From Gemmatimonadales bacterium (lineage in GTDB: Bacteria > Gemmatimonadota > Gemmatimonadetes > Gemmatimonadales > GWC2-71-9), in NCBI GenBank assembly GCA_025927545.1, contig JAICLE010000002.1:36339-100338 (forward strand): 64,000 bases of DNA. The letters are read 5' to 3'. The position numbers were made by a program, and so were the translations under genes. The notes below the pieces were generated by a model, which worked only from the letters and a program-made list of their open reading frames with translations, was not told the origin of the DNA and did no database searches. Numbering within the stretch: position 1 is the first letter of the stretch; each line of letters starts with the position of its first letter. Below are positions 49,061-57,564 of this stretch, one piece after another.

Positions 49061-49528
49061 ATGCGAGGCTGGCCGGCGGCGCTTTTGGCGTGCTGCCTCG
49101 CCTGCGGTCGACCGGGCTCGGCACCACCGCCAGCGGCCCTCGTGCCGTGGCTCCGATCCGATCCGCGGCGCTGTCTCCTCTCGCGCGACCTGAGCGAGGG
49201 CATGGAGACGATGGCCCGCCACTGCGCGGAGGCCTTCGTCCGCGAGAACGGCTACACCGAGCTGCCGGCGGAGGACTCCACCCGCTGGACCCGTGAAGCG
49301 GGAGACGATGGGCCATGGGTCCGCGTGCTCGCCGCCCGAACCGGGACCCTCGACCCCCGGGCCGAGACGGTGCAGTGCAGCCGGCGGGAGTGCGTCGCCC
49401 TGTTCCGGATGCGGCGGCCGATGCTGCTGTGCGGGTACCGTGCGGTGACGATGACGCAGGTCTTCACCAGAATCCGGCTCGCGCCGGGCGGGATTCGCGA
49501 TGCGCGGTGCAACGAACGGCGTGCGTAG
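49061..49528 (+). CDS. hypothetical lipoprotein, Cys-rich
   Basis: 155 aa. It has a signal/lipobox (ALLACCLACG). It starts 7 nt after the previous stop. Confidence 0.55.
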   Translation: MRGWPAALLACCLACGRPGSAPPPAALVPWLRSDPRRCLLSRDLSEGMETMARHCAEAFVRENGYTELPAEDSTRWTREAGDDGPWVRVLAARTGTLDPRAETVQCSRRECVALFRMRRPMLLCGYRAVTMTQVFTRIRLAPGGIRDARCNERRA

Positions 49529-49537
49529 CGAGGGGAA

Positions 49538-49612
49538 GTGGCCCCCGGAGCCGTACTGCGTGGCCGCGACTCCGGGAACCGGGTACTGCAGAGGTACTGC
49601 CTTGCGTCACGT
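49538..49612 (+). repeat. copy B of a conserved intergenic element, with three GTACTGC heptamers
   Basis: 49541-49580 aligns to 8657-8696 (33/40). A 7-bp stem pairs 49544-49550 with 49570-49576. GTACTGC occurs at 49553, 49583 and 49594. Confidence 0.6.
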
Positions 49613-49681
49613 TGGATGCGGGACCGGTGAAAAGCGTTGCGCTCGGCCGCACCCGCGCGAGTCCGGAGCTAGATTTGGGCC

Positions 49682-49915
49682 ATGCGTGAAGCCCGCCTCC
49701 GCCCCGAGTTCGCCGACCAGTACCCCGGCCTCACGCCGGGCCGATGGGAGCCGGCGGCGCGGATCGCGGAGGCGGTGCTGGCCAACGCGATGCTGCGGCA
49801 GATGGGAGAGGAGCCGCTGCAGAGCCGCCTCCTGGACGAGGCGCACTTCGAGTTCCGGGGAAGTGCCGAGGTCGATCGCCCCGCGCGCGGGGAGCGCGCC
49901 TCGGATACGGAGTGA
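49682..49915 (+). CDS. small hypothetical protein (77 aa)
   Basis: ATG start, GC3-rich codons, and it sits directly upstream of the DinB-family gene. Confidence 0.5.
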   Translation: MREARLRPEFADQYPGLTPGRWEPAARIAEAVLANAMLRQMGEEPLQSRLLDEAHFEFRGSAEVDRPARGERASDTE

Positions 49916-49934
49916 GCCGCCTGGCGAGGCCGAC

Positions 49935-50465
49935 GTGACCGACCTGCGCTATCCGATCGGCGAGTTCGCCTGGGACGGCGTGATGACCGACGCCCGGCGG
50001 GCCGCATGCGTTGCCCGGATTGCGGCGGCGCCCGGGCGGCTCCGCGCAGCCGTGGCCGGCTTGAACGATCGGCAGCTCGACACCCCGTACCGCCCGGCGG
50101 GCTGGACCGTGCGCCAGGTGGTGCACCATGTCCCCGACAGCCATCTCAACGCCTACACCCGCATGCGGCTGGCCCTCACCGAAGACACACCGACGATCAA
50201 GCCGTACGACGAAGCCCGCTGGGCCGAGCTGCGCGACGCCCGCTCGGCGCCGATCGAGGTTTCGCTGGCGCTGCTGGACGCACTGCACGTCCGCTGGGTG
50301 TCGCTGCTCCACGGGCTCGGCCCGATCGAGCGCGCGCGCGGCGTGCGCCACCCCGAGCACGGCCGCGTCATGTCGGTCGATGAGCTGCTCGCCCTGTATG
50401 CCTGGCACGGAGAGCACCACACCGCCCACGTAACGGCGCTCCGGGCGCGCATGGGCTGGAGCTGA
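49935..50465 (+). CDS. DinB/YfiT-family metal-dependent protein (putative bacillithiol transferase-like)
   Basis: 176 aa from GTG 49935. It shows YPIGEF..., QVVHHVPDSHLNAY and AWHGEHHTAHV, the His triad pattern of YfiT/DinB_2 proteins. Confidence 0.78.
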   Translation: MTDLRYPIGEFAWDGVMTDARRAACVARIAAAPGRLRAAVAGLNDRQLDTPYRPAGWTVRQVVHHVPDSHLNAYTRMRLALTEDTPTIKPYDEARWAELRDARSAPIEVSLALLDALHVRWVSLLHGLGPIERARGVRHPEHGRVMSVDELLALYAWHGEHHTAHVTALRARMGWS

Positions 50466-50516
50466 GCGGAGGGCCCGATTAGAGCCGACATCATCACCCG
50501 GGCGGCGCTGCTGCTC

Positions 50517-50837
50517 GTGTGCTCCAACATCTTCATGACATTCGCGTGGTACGCCCACCTGCGAAACTTCGCGGACCGCCCCTGGTACATCGCCGCGGTG
50601 GTGAGCTGGGGCATCGCGCTGTTCGAGTACCTGCTCCAGGTCCCGGCCAACCGGATCGGCTACACCACGCTGTCGCTGGCGCAGCTCAAGATCATGCAGG
50701 AGGCCATCACGCTGACGGTGTTCGTCCCCTTCGCGGTGTACTACATGCGCCAGCCGGTCAGGCTGGACTACCTCTGGGCGGCGCTGTGCATCATGGGCGC
50801 CGTGTATTTCGTCTTCCGTGGGCCGGCGGGTCCGTGA
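50517..50837 (+). CDS. DMT-superfamily small membrane protein (DUF486 family)
   Basis: CSNIFMTFAWYAHLRNF is the family N-terminal signature. The family normally has about 10 more N-terminal residues, so the true start may be a non-canonical codon upstream, such as in-frame ATT at 50478. Confidence 0.7.
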   Translation: MCSNIFMTFAWYAHLRNFADRPWYIAAVVSWGIALFEYLLQVPANRIGYTTLSLAQLKIMQEAITLTVFVPFAVYYMRQPVRLDYLWAALCIMGAVYFVFRGPAGP

Positions 50838-52066
50838 TCGGCCGCCTGGCCGCCGCCGTGGGCCTGATCTCCGCGCTCGGGGCGGCGCCGCTGCACCCGC
50901 AACAGACGCCGGCGCGCGCGCGGGATCTGGGAATTCCCTTCGACGGGACGCCCGGCCGGTGGAACGCCATCACCGACGTGCCGGGCGTGACGGTAGGTCA
51001 CACCACGCTCATCAGCGGCTCCGGGCGACTCACGCCGGGGAAGGGGCCGGTGCGCACCGGGGTCACGGCCGTCTTTCCCCGCGGCCGAGGAGACCTCTCG
51101 CCCGTCTTTGCCGGCTGGTTCAGCCTCAATGGCAACGGCGAGATGACGGGCACGGCCTGGATCGAGGACTACGGCCTCCTCTTCTATCCCATCGCCATCA
51201 CCAATACCAACAGCGTCGGTACCGTGCGCGACGCTCTGATCGAGTGGGGCGCCAGCCGACTGCCCGACCCGCGCTACTGCTGCCTGCCCGTGGTGGCGGA
51301 GACCTGGGACGGTGACCTCAACGACATCTTCGGCTTCCACGTGACGAAGGAGCATGTGTTCGCCGCGCTGGCGAAGGCAGCCACCGGGCCCGTGGCGGAG
51401 GGCAATGTGGGCGGCGGCACCGGCATGCAGTGCCTCGGCTTCAAGGGCGGGATCGGCAGCTCGAGCCGCCGGCTGCCGGCGGCGCGCGGGGGATTCACGG
51501 TGGGCGCCCTGGTGCAGTGCAACTTCGGTCTTCGGCGGCAGCTCCGGATCGCGGGGATTCCGGTAGCGCGGGAGCTCCAGGTGCCGGAGCCGTGCTACGA
51601 CACGCGCGAACCGCTCGACAGCGCGATGGCACGCGATCGCTGTGCCGCCAATACCGGCACGGGGGGATCGAAGCGCGAGCAGGAGCACGGCTCGATCATC
51701 GTGGTGCTGGCGACCGACGCACCACTGCTGCCGCACCAGCTCCGGCGCGTGGCCCGCCGCGCCGCCCTGGGCGTCGGGCGGATGGGCGGCGTCGCGGGCG
51801 CGGGATCGGGGGATCTGTTCATCGCCTTCGCGACCGGGCCCACGGGCACACCAGACTCGGTGGGGATTGCGACGGTGCCCATGCTGAGCGAAGACGTGAT
51901 CGATCCGGTGTACGAAGCGGCGGTGCAGGCGACCGAGGAGGCCATCGTGAACGCCATGGTGGCAGCGCGGACGATGACGGGTGCGAATTGGTACCGGGTA
52001 CCCGCGCTCCCGCACGACGGCGTGCGCGAGGTGCTGGCGCGGCATGGCCGGCTGGTGGACCGGTAG
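50834..52066 (+). CDS. P1/S58 family peptidase (DmpA-like aminopeptidase), secreted
   Basis: 410 aa from GTG 50834, with a GTGA overlap. It shows EGNVGGGTGM, GSIIVVLATDAPL and a hydrophobic N-terminus. Confidence 0.8.
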   Translation: MIGRLAAAVGLISALGAAPLHPQQTPARARDLGIPFDGTPGRWNAITDVPGVTVGHTTLISGSGRLTPGKGPVRTGVTAVFPRGRGDLSPVFAGWFSLNGNGEMTGTAWIEDYGLLFYPIAITNTNSVGTVRDALIEWGASRLPDPRYCCLPVVAETWDGDLNDIFGFHVTKEHVFAALAKAATGPVAEGNVGGGTGMQCLGFKGGIGSSSRRLPAARGGFTVGALVQCNFGLRRQLRIAGIPVARELQVPEPCYDTREPLDSAMARDRCAANTGTGGSKREQEHGSIIVVLATDAPLLPHQLRRVARRAALGVGRMGGVAGAGSGDLFIAFATGPTGTPDSVGIATVPMLSEDVIDPVYEAAVQATEEAIVNAMVAARTMTGANWYRVPALPHDGVREVLARHGRLVDR

Positions 52067-52072
52067 GCCGGG

Positions 52073-52972
52073 CTACTCTGCGGCCTCGCTCCCCTGTTCT
52101 CCCGACCCTCCTCCCCGTCCGCTTTCCCAACTTCCCGCGACCAGCGGGTGAAATCCCCGCCAGATCTCGCGGTAGGGCTCCAGCATCAGGGCCACGAAGC
52201 GTTCCAGTGCCACCGGAAAGGGAAATCGGCGGCGGAACTCGAGCGCGGTCAGACCAAGCATGGCCCGGAGATGGCGGCCGAAGCTCTGGGGCGAGCTGTA
52301 TTCCAGCCGATACGCCACGTCCGCCACCGACAGGCCCGAGCTCTCGAACAGGAATGCGGCGTGAAGCAGCCGGATGGCCGCGAGATAATTCTTGGGCGAC
52401 GGCAGCCCCGCGCGGGCGAATCGCGACATCAGCGTGCTGGGCCGGACCGAGAGCTGGCCGGCGAGCGCCGTAACCGTGGGGACCTCGGGCGCGAGCCGCA
52501 CCATGGCCTCGAGGAACAGGCGCGCGTCGGGCGGTGCCTGGGCGATCGACTCGAGGATGGGCTGCTGGATCCGGGCGACCGCGCGCGTGGCAGGCTGACC
52601 CACCACCTGGCGCAGCCGGTTCCACCCCGCGGGCGAGGTGACGTCCACCACCTGGCGGACGCCCGAGGCGCCCAGCCGGAGCAGCATCTCGATGGCGCCG
52701 GGATCGTGCTGGGAGACGAGGGCGACGGTGGGGATCGAGGGGAACTCCCGCACCAGGTGTCCGACCAGCTCCATCTGGTCGAGCCCGCAGCGATGTACCG
52801 ACACCAGCACCGCGTCCACCGGCCGCTCCCGCACGGCCCGCACCGCATCGGGGATCGAATCGCGGTGCAGCACGGCGAAGAGCCCGTTGCCCGCGGCATC
52901 CACCCGGGGACGCTCCCCCGGCATGAGTACCGCGGCCACTGTGGTCGAGCTCGGGTCGGCGACGTAGGTCAC
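52073..52972 (-). CDS. AraC-family transcriptional regulator with N-terminal receiver-like domain
   Basis: It has a C-terminal AraC HTH (LSVADVAYRLEYSSPQSFGRHLRAMLGLTALEFRR) and an N-terminal CheY-like fold (VDAVLVSVH...). GTG 52972 follows GGAGGAAAGT. The track start at 53014 is the alternative. Confidence 0.8.
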   Translation of the reverse strand: MTYVADPSSTTVAAVLMPGERPRVDAAGNGLFAVLHRDSIPDAVRAVRERPVDAVLVSVHRCGLDQMELVGHLVREFPSIPTVALVSQHDPGAIEMLLRLGASGVRQVVDVTSPAGWNRLRQVVGQPATRAVARIQQPILESIAQAPPDARLFLEAMVRLAPEVPTVTALAGQLSVRPSTLMSRFARAGLPSPKNYLAAIRLLHAAFLFESSGLSVADVAYRLEYSSPQSFGRHLRAMLGLTALEFRRRFPFPVALERFVALMLEPYREIWRGFHPLVAGSWESGRGGGSGEQGSEAAE

Positions 52973-53140
52973 ACTTTCCTCCGGCAGGATGGTGCAAGAG
53001 GATAGGCGCCCCACGTCAACATGGATTCAACCCTTGCCACCGCCAATACCCGCGAGCGCAACCCTTTCCGTGGGAGCGGCATCCAAGGAAGGCCCGCCGC
53101 AGTATATATTCTGGGTTCCGCTTCCTGAGCCGGTTGGGCC

Positions 53141-56100
53141 ATGACGACTCCGACCCTCGACCTCTTCAATGCGTTGCAGGCGGCGCTCGCGCCACATTAC
53201 CGCCTGGAGCGCGAGCTCGGGCGCGGGGGAATGGGCGTCGTCTTTCTCGCCACCGACACGACGCTCGACCGGCCCGTCGCCATCAAGGCTGTCCATCCCG
53301 AGCTGGCCTCGCACCCCTCCATCGCGCGGCGGTTCCTCGCCGAAGCCCGCACCGTGGCGCGGCTGCGGCACCCCAACATTGTGGCAGTCCATGCCGCGGG
53401 TACCACCGAGGGCCTCCTCTATTATGTGATGGACCAGGTCGAGGGCGAGAGCCTGCGCGAGCGGCTCTCCCGCGACGGACGGCTCGACCCCACGACCGCG
53501 TCGCGCATCGTGGCCGATGTGGCCACGGCGCTCGACGCGGCCGGTGGCGCGGGCGTGGTGCACCGGGACGTCAAGCCCGAGAACGTACTGCTGGACGGGG
53601 CCACGGGACGGGCCATGCTGGCCGACTTCGGCATCGCGCGGGCAATGGCGGCGGATCCGGGCACGAACAGCACCGGTGAAGGCATGGCCGTGGGCACGCC
53701 CGCGTACATGAGCCCCGAGCAGGCCGCCGGCGAAGAGATCGACACCAGGAGTGACCTCTACGCCCTCGGCGTGGTGGCCTACGAGATGCTCGCGGGCCAG
53801 CCGCCGTTCCAGGGACCGAACCGGGTGGTGGTCTCGAAGCACATCGCCGAGCGGCCGGTGCCGATCGAGCGGGCGCGCCCCGACACGCCACGGCCGCTGG
53901 CGGCGGCGATCATGCGCGCACTGGAGAAGCAGCCCGCGGACCGGTGGCAGCGGGGCGACGAATTCCGGCAAGCACTCAGCACGGACACGCCCACGCCGAG
54001 GGGCCGCCGGTCGCGGCTCCGGCGCACTGCTATCGCGGCGGCCGTGGCCGCGCTGGGCATCGTGGCCGGGGGCATCGGGCTCGCCCGCCGCGCGCCCGGC
54101 CCGCCGGCGGGGGTGAACCCGCGGCATTCGATCCTGGTCCTGCCGTTCGACAACCTGCGCGACGACCGCACGGTGGACTGGCTCCGCGACGGCAGCGTGA
54201 GCATGCTCGGCCTCAATCTCTCGCAATGGAACGACCTGACCGTCGTGGACCACGAGCGACTGCACGATCTGCTGGCGCAGCACGACCTCAAACCGGGCGA
54301 CGACATCGGACTCGACATGGCGCGGCGCCTGGCGCGCGACGCCGGGGTGTGGACTGTGGTCCTGGGGGATTTCGCCCAGGCCGGGGACTCGCTCCATCTC
54401 GCGGCGCGGGTGTACGACGTCGCCAGCGGCCGGCGGGTGGACGTGGCACGGGTGGACGACCGGACGGGCGCCGACGTGCGACCGCTGTTCGACGAGCTGG
54501 CCACCAAGCTCCTCGATCTCTCTGGCGCACCCAACGAGGTGCGGATCGGGCTGGCCCGCTCCACCACCGCTTCGCTCGAGGCGTACCGCGCCTATCTCGC
54601 GGGCGTGGAGCAGCTCAATCGCTGGGACCTGGCCGGCGCGGAGCGGGAGCTCGAGCGCGCCATCCGGATCGACACCACCTTCGGCCTGGCGTACTACAAG
54701 CTGGCGCTCACCCGCGGGTGGCTGGTGGGCACCGGCGACTCGATCGCCGACGCGGCGATCGTCCGGGCCACCGCCTACTCGGCAAACTTGCCGGCGCACG
54801 AGCGGACGATCATCAACGCCTACCGCGCCTTCCTCGGCGGCGAGTACGTGGACGCGCGCGCGTCCTACCGGCAGTTGCTCGCGCGCGACGGGTCCGACGC
54901 GGACGCCTGGTACGGACTCGGCGAGGCCTGGTTCCACGATACGGCCGGACCCAACCAAGCGCCGGCCTGGACCCAGGCGATCCGCGCCTTTCGACGGAGT
55001 CTCGTGCTGGATCCGAACTACACGCTGGCCTACGAGCACGTGCAGGCGATGTTGAGCACGGCGTCCGCGGCGCAGCCGTACTACGCCCTGGTGGCGTCCG
55101 ACTCGTTCGTGCCGGCGCAGGCGCCGGATGGCCGCGACCTGCTGGACAGTGCCACGACGGCGGCGGCGCTTCGGCGAGCGCGGGCCGAGGGGCTCGCCAC
55201 GGCCCGCCGCTGGGTCGCCACCCAGCCCACGACACTGAGAGCGCATGGCGCCCTGGTGGACGCGTACGTCGCGTCGGGGAACTTCGGCGCCGCGCTGTCC
55301 GAGGTGGACCGGTTCCGCCAGACGCCACCGGCGCATCCCGAGCTTCCGTTCGTCGCGGCGCGCATCCGCTTTGCCTCCGGCGAGGTGGACCGCGCGGCCA
55401 GCGACCTGCGCACTGCGCTCGATACCGCGGCGCCCCAGGACTTCCGTACGTACGAGGGGACGCCCACGGTGGTCAGCGATATCGCCGCCGCCGCGAATGT
55501 CTTCGCCTACCAGGGCGACCTGGTGCGCGCGGCAAAGACGATCGATCTGGCCGACCAGGTCCGCCGCGAGGTGATCCGGCACCCGGGACGCGAAGGCTCG
55601 GGACCGGTCGGCGAATCGTGGCGCCGCATGGCGCTGAGCGAACTCTACGGGGCCACCGGCGTCCCGACGGCGGCGCTGCGGCAGGTCTGGCAGAGCGCGG
55701 CCGAGGCGGTGCGGATGGCGCCCGGTGAGGACCGGGCCCATCTGGCGCACAGCGGCGCCTCGGCGGCGATCGGTCTCTTCACGGGGCCGGCGGCCGACAG
55801 CAGCGCCGTCGCCGAGTACCGCGCACTGACCGGCGAGACGCTCACCAAGGAGGTCCGCGCCCTGCTCGCGCTCAGTCGGGGCGACTCCGCCGCCGCCCGC
55901 CGCGCGTTGGCCGAGCCGGATTCGTCTCAGGCGATGATGAAGACCATGTACATGGCGTACCGGCGCCCGCTCGCCGCTCAGGCCTACTACCTCCTGGGCG
56001 ACTACCACGCGACGATCCGGAGTCTCGAGGACTTCCGTCCCGAGGTGCTTCGGATCGGCAGCTTCGACTCCCGCTGGGGAATGCTCGGCCGGGTACGCCT

Positions 56101-56257
56101 GCTGCGGGCGGCCGCGTTCGAGCAGCTCGGGCGCCGGGCGGAGGCCCGGCAGGAGTATCACCAGGTGCTGAGCCAGTGGCGGGCCGCGGACCCGGCGTTG
56201 CAGCCGTTCGTTCGCCAGGCGGAGCAGGGGCTGGCCAGAGTGGGGGAGGCGGGATGA
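53141..56257 (+). CDS. Ser/Thr protein kinase with transmembrane helix and large extracytoplasmic/TPR-like C-terminal region
   Basis: 1038 aa. It shows GRGGMGVVF, AIKAV, HRDVKPENVLL, DFGIARA and SPEQ. A TM segment follows (IAAAVAALGIVAGGIGLA), then about 700 aa of helical-repeat-like sequence. Confidence 0.92.
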   Translation: MTTPTLDLFNALQAALAPHYRLERELGRGGMGVVFLATDTTLDRPVAIKAVHPELASHPSIARRFLAEARTVARLRHPNIVAVHAAGTTEGLLYYVMDQVEGESLRERLSRDGRLDPTTASRIVADVATALDAAGGAGVVHRDVKPENVLLDGATGRAMLADFGIARAMAADPGTNSTGEGMAVGTPAYMSPEQAAGEEIDTRSDLYALGVVAYEMLAGQPPFQGPNRVVVSKHIAERPVPIERARPDTPRPLAAAIMRALEKQPADRWQRGDEFRQALSTDTPTPRGRRSRLRRTAIAAAVAALGIVAGGIGLARRAPGPPAGVNPRHSILVLPFDNLRDDRTVDWLRDGSVSMLGLNLSQWNDLTVVDHERLHDLLAQHDLKPGDDIGLDMARRLARDAGVWTVVLGDFAQAGDSLHLAARVYDVASGRRVDVARVDDRTGADVRPLFDELATKLLDLSGAPNEVRIGLARSTTASLEAYRAYLAGVEQLNRWDLAGAERELERAIRIDTTFGLAYYKLALTRGWLVGTGDSIADAAIVRATAYSANLPAHERTIINAYRAFLGGEYVDARASYRQLLARDGSDADAWYGLGEAWFHDTAGPNQAPAWTQAIRAFRRSLVLDPNYTLAYEHVQAMLSTASAAQPYYALVASDSFVPAQAPDGRDLLDSATTAAALRRARAEGLATARRWVATQPTTLRAHGALVDAYVASGNFGAALSEVDRFRQTPPAHPELPFVAARIRFASGEVDRAASDLRTALDTAAPQDFRTYEGTPTVVSDIAAAANVFAYQGDLVRAAKTIDLADQVRREVIRHPGREGSGPVGESWRRMALSELYGATGVPTAALRQVWQSAAEAVRMAPGEDRAHLAHSGASAAIGLFTGPAADSSAVAEYRALTGETLTKEVRALLALSRGDSAAARRALAEPDSSQAMMKTMYMAYRRPLAAQAYYLLGDYHATIRSLEDFRPEVLRIGSFDSRWGMLGRVRLLRAAAFEQLGRRAEARQEYHQVLSQWRAADPALQPFVRQAEQGLARVGEAG

Positions 56258-56265
56258 TTTCGGGT

Positions 56266-56323
56266 GACGGAAGGACGGAAAGCCGGCGCCGTTCTCCGAG
56301 GAGCAACCTTCCGTCCTTCCGTC
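56266..56323. repeat. octamer-array inverted repeat element, copy 2
   Basis: GACGGAAGGACGGAA (56266-56280) pairs perfectly with TTCCGTCCTTCCGTC (56309-56323), with a 28-nt loop. It contains the 15-mer CGGAAGGACGGAAAG at 56268. Confidence 0.9.
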
Positions 56324-56348
56324 CTCCCGGGCCCCCCTTATATTTCCG

Positions 56349-56723
56349 TCGCTGGTCGAGCGCGGTGGTCGCGGACGCCGCAAGGCGGTCCGAGGAAAGT
56401 CCGAGCTCCAGCGGGTAGACTGCCAGGTAACGCCTGGGCGCCGGAAGGCGACGGACAGGGCCACAGAAAACAGACCGCCAGGCGGGCAACCGCCGGGTAA
56501 GGGTGAAACGGTGGGGTAAGAGCCCACCGCGGCGCTGGCAACAGCGACGGCACGGCAACCCCCAGTCGGAGCAAGGCCAAATAAGCGGTGAGGTGTGACC
56601 CACACCGGCAGGACAAACCGCGGGTAGGCCGCTAGAGGTGGCCGGCAACGGCCGCCGTAGACAGATGACCATCCCGGTCACGCAAGTGCCGGAACAGAAC
56701 TCGGCTTATGGCCCGACCAGCCG
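56349..56723 (+). ncRNA. rnpB: RNase P RNA, bacterial type A
   Basis: It carries the universally conserved blocks GAGGAAAGTCCGAGCTCC, CCAGGTAACGCCTGG, ACAGAAAACA, GGGTAAGGGTGAAA, GGTAAGAGCCCACC, GGAGCAAGGCCAAATA and ACAGAACTCGGCTTAT. P1 pairing joins GCTGGTCG (56351-56358) with CGACCAGC (56714-56721). The ends are approximate, within a few nt. Confidence 0.93.
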
Positions 56724-56724
56724 C

Positions 56725-56750
56725 GGCCCTCCGGACCGGTCCGGAGGGCC
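56725..56750 (+). terminator. stem-loop immediately after rnpB
   Basis: GGCCCTCCGGA-ccgg-TCCGGAGGGCC, an 11-bp perfect stem with no T tract. Confidence 0.5.
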
Positions 56751-56781
56751 GCCGGGCTTCCGCCCCACGAGGATACCCACG

Positions 56782-57564
56782 ATGCTCGCTCGACTCCTCG
56801 GCTGCACCGCGCTGGCGACCCTCGTCGCGGCTGCGCCCGCTCCCCATGGACCCGTGACCGCCCGGTACCGGGTGGACCAGACCCTCACGCAGGACGTCGA
56901 CGCGACCTCGGCCGGAAAGGGAAAGCAGAGCATCTCCTTCTCGACCTCGAGCTTCGTCACGCTGACGTTCACCGACAGCACCCACGGCAAGGCGGTGCGG
57001 GTCGTGGTGGACTCGATGCGCGGAGACAGCACCGCGCCGGTGCCGGCCGCGGTCTTCGACAGCGCCAGGGGTGCGGAGTTCCGGGGCTTTCTGAACGAGG
57101 CGGGGAAGCTGTCGGAGTTGGAGGCCGTGAACGTGTCGCCCGCGGCATCCCGTGTCCAGGGGTTCATCAGCGACTTCTTCCCCTGGGTCAAAGCGGGCGT
57201 CAAGTCCGGCGAGCGCTGGGCCGACACCAGTTCGCGAGCCACCACTGACGGCACCGACAGCGTGGTCGTCCGGCGGATCACCTCCTACCGGGCCGTGGCC
57301 AACGAGACCCACAACGCCCGCAAGGCCGTCCGGATCACGAGCGAGTACCAGTCATCGGTCGCAGGCAGCCAGCCCACGCCGAACGGGCCGGCTCGCATCG
57401 AGGGCGCGGGGAAGGGAACGGGGACTTACTTCGTGAGCTCCGATGGAACGTATCTGGGCGGCGACTGGCAGCTCCGCTCGGCACTCACCATCTCCGGCGC
57501 GTTTACGGACGAGCCGCTGCCGATCACCATAACCCAGACCACCAAGGTCACGTCGCTCGAATGA
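56782..57564 (+). CDS. secreted hypothetical protein (paralogue 1 of a tandem pair)
   Basis: 260 aa from ATG 56782. It has a signal (MLARLLGCTALATLVAAAPAP). The track ORF start at 56638 lies inside rnpB and is rejected. Confidence 0.65.
   Translation: MLARLLGCTALATLVAAAPAPHGPVTARYRVDQTLTQDVDATSAGKGKQSISFSTSSFVTLTFTDSTHGKAVRVVVDSMRGDSTAPVPAAVFDSARGAEFRGFLNEAGKLSELEAVNVSPAASRVQGFISDFFPWVKAGVKSGERWADTSSRATTDGTDSVVVRRITSYRAVANETHNARKAVRITSEYQSSVAGSQPTPNGPARIEGAGKGTGTYFVSSDGTYLGGDWQLRSALTISGAFTDEPLPITITQTTKVTSLE

Noticed and set aside
53027-56605. 1192-aa ORF on the minus strand, the longest in the track
   Set aside because: It is antisense to the 1038-aa Ser/Thr kinase, whose catalytic motifs are unambiguous on the + strand. 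It also runs through the octamer repeat and into rnpB. It is a shadow ORF.
56338-56681. Minus-strand ORFs overlapping 56338-56681, and the + ORF start at 56638
   Set aside because: The region is the RNase P RNA gene, with all conserved type-A blocks present on the + strand. The downstream protein more plausibly starts at ATG 56782, which gives a signal peptide.
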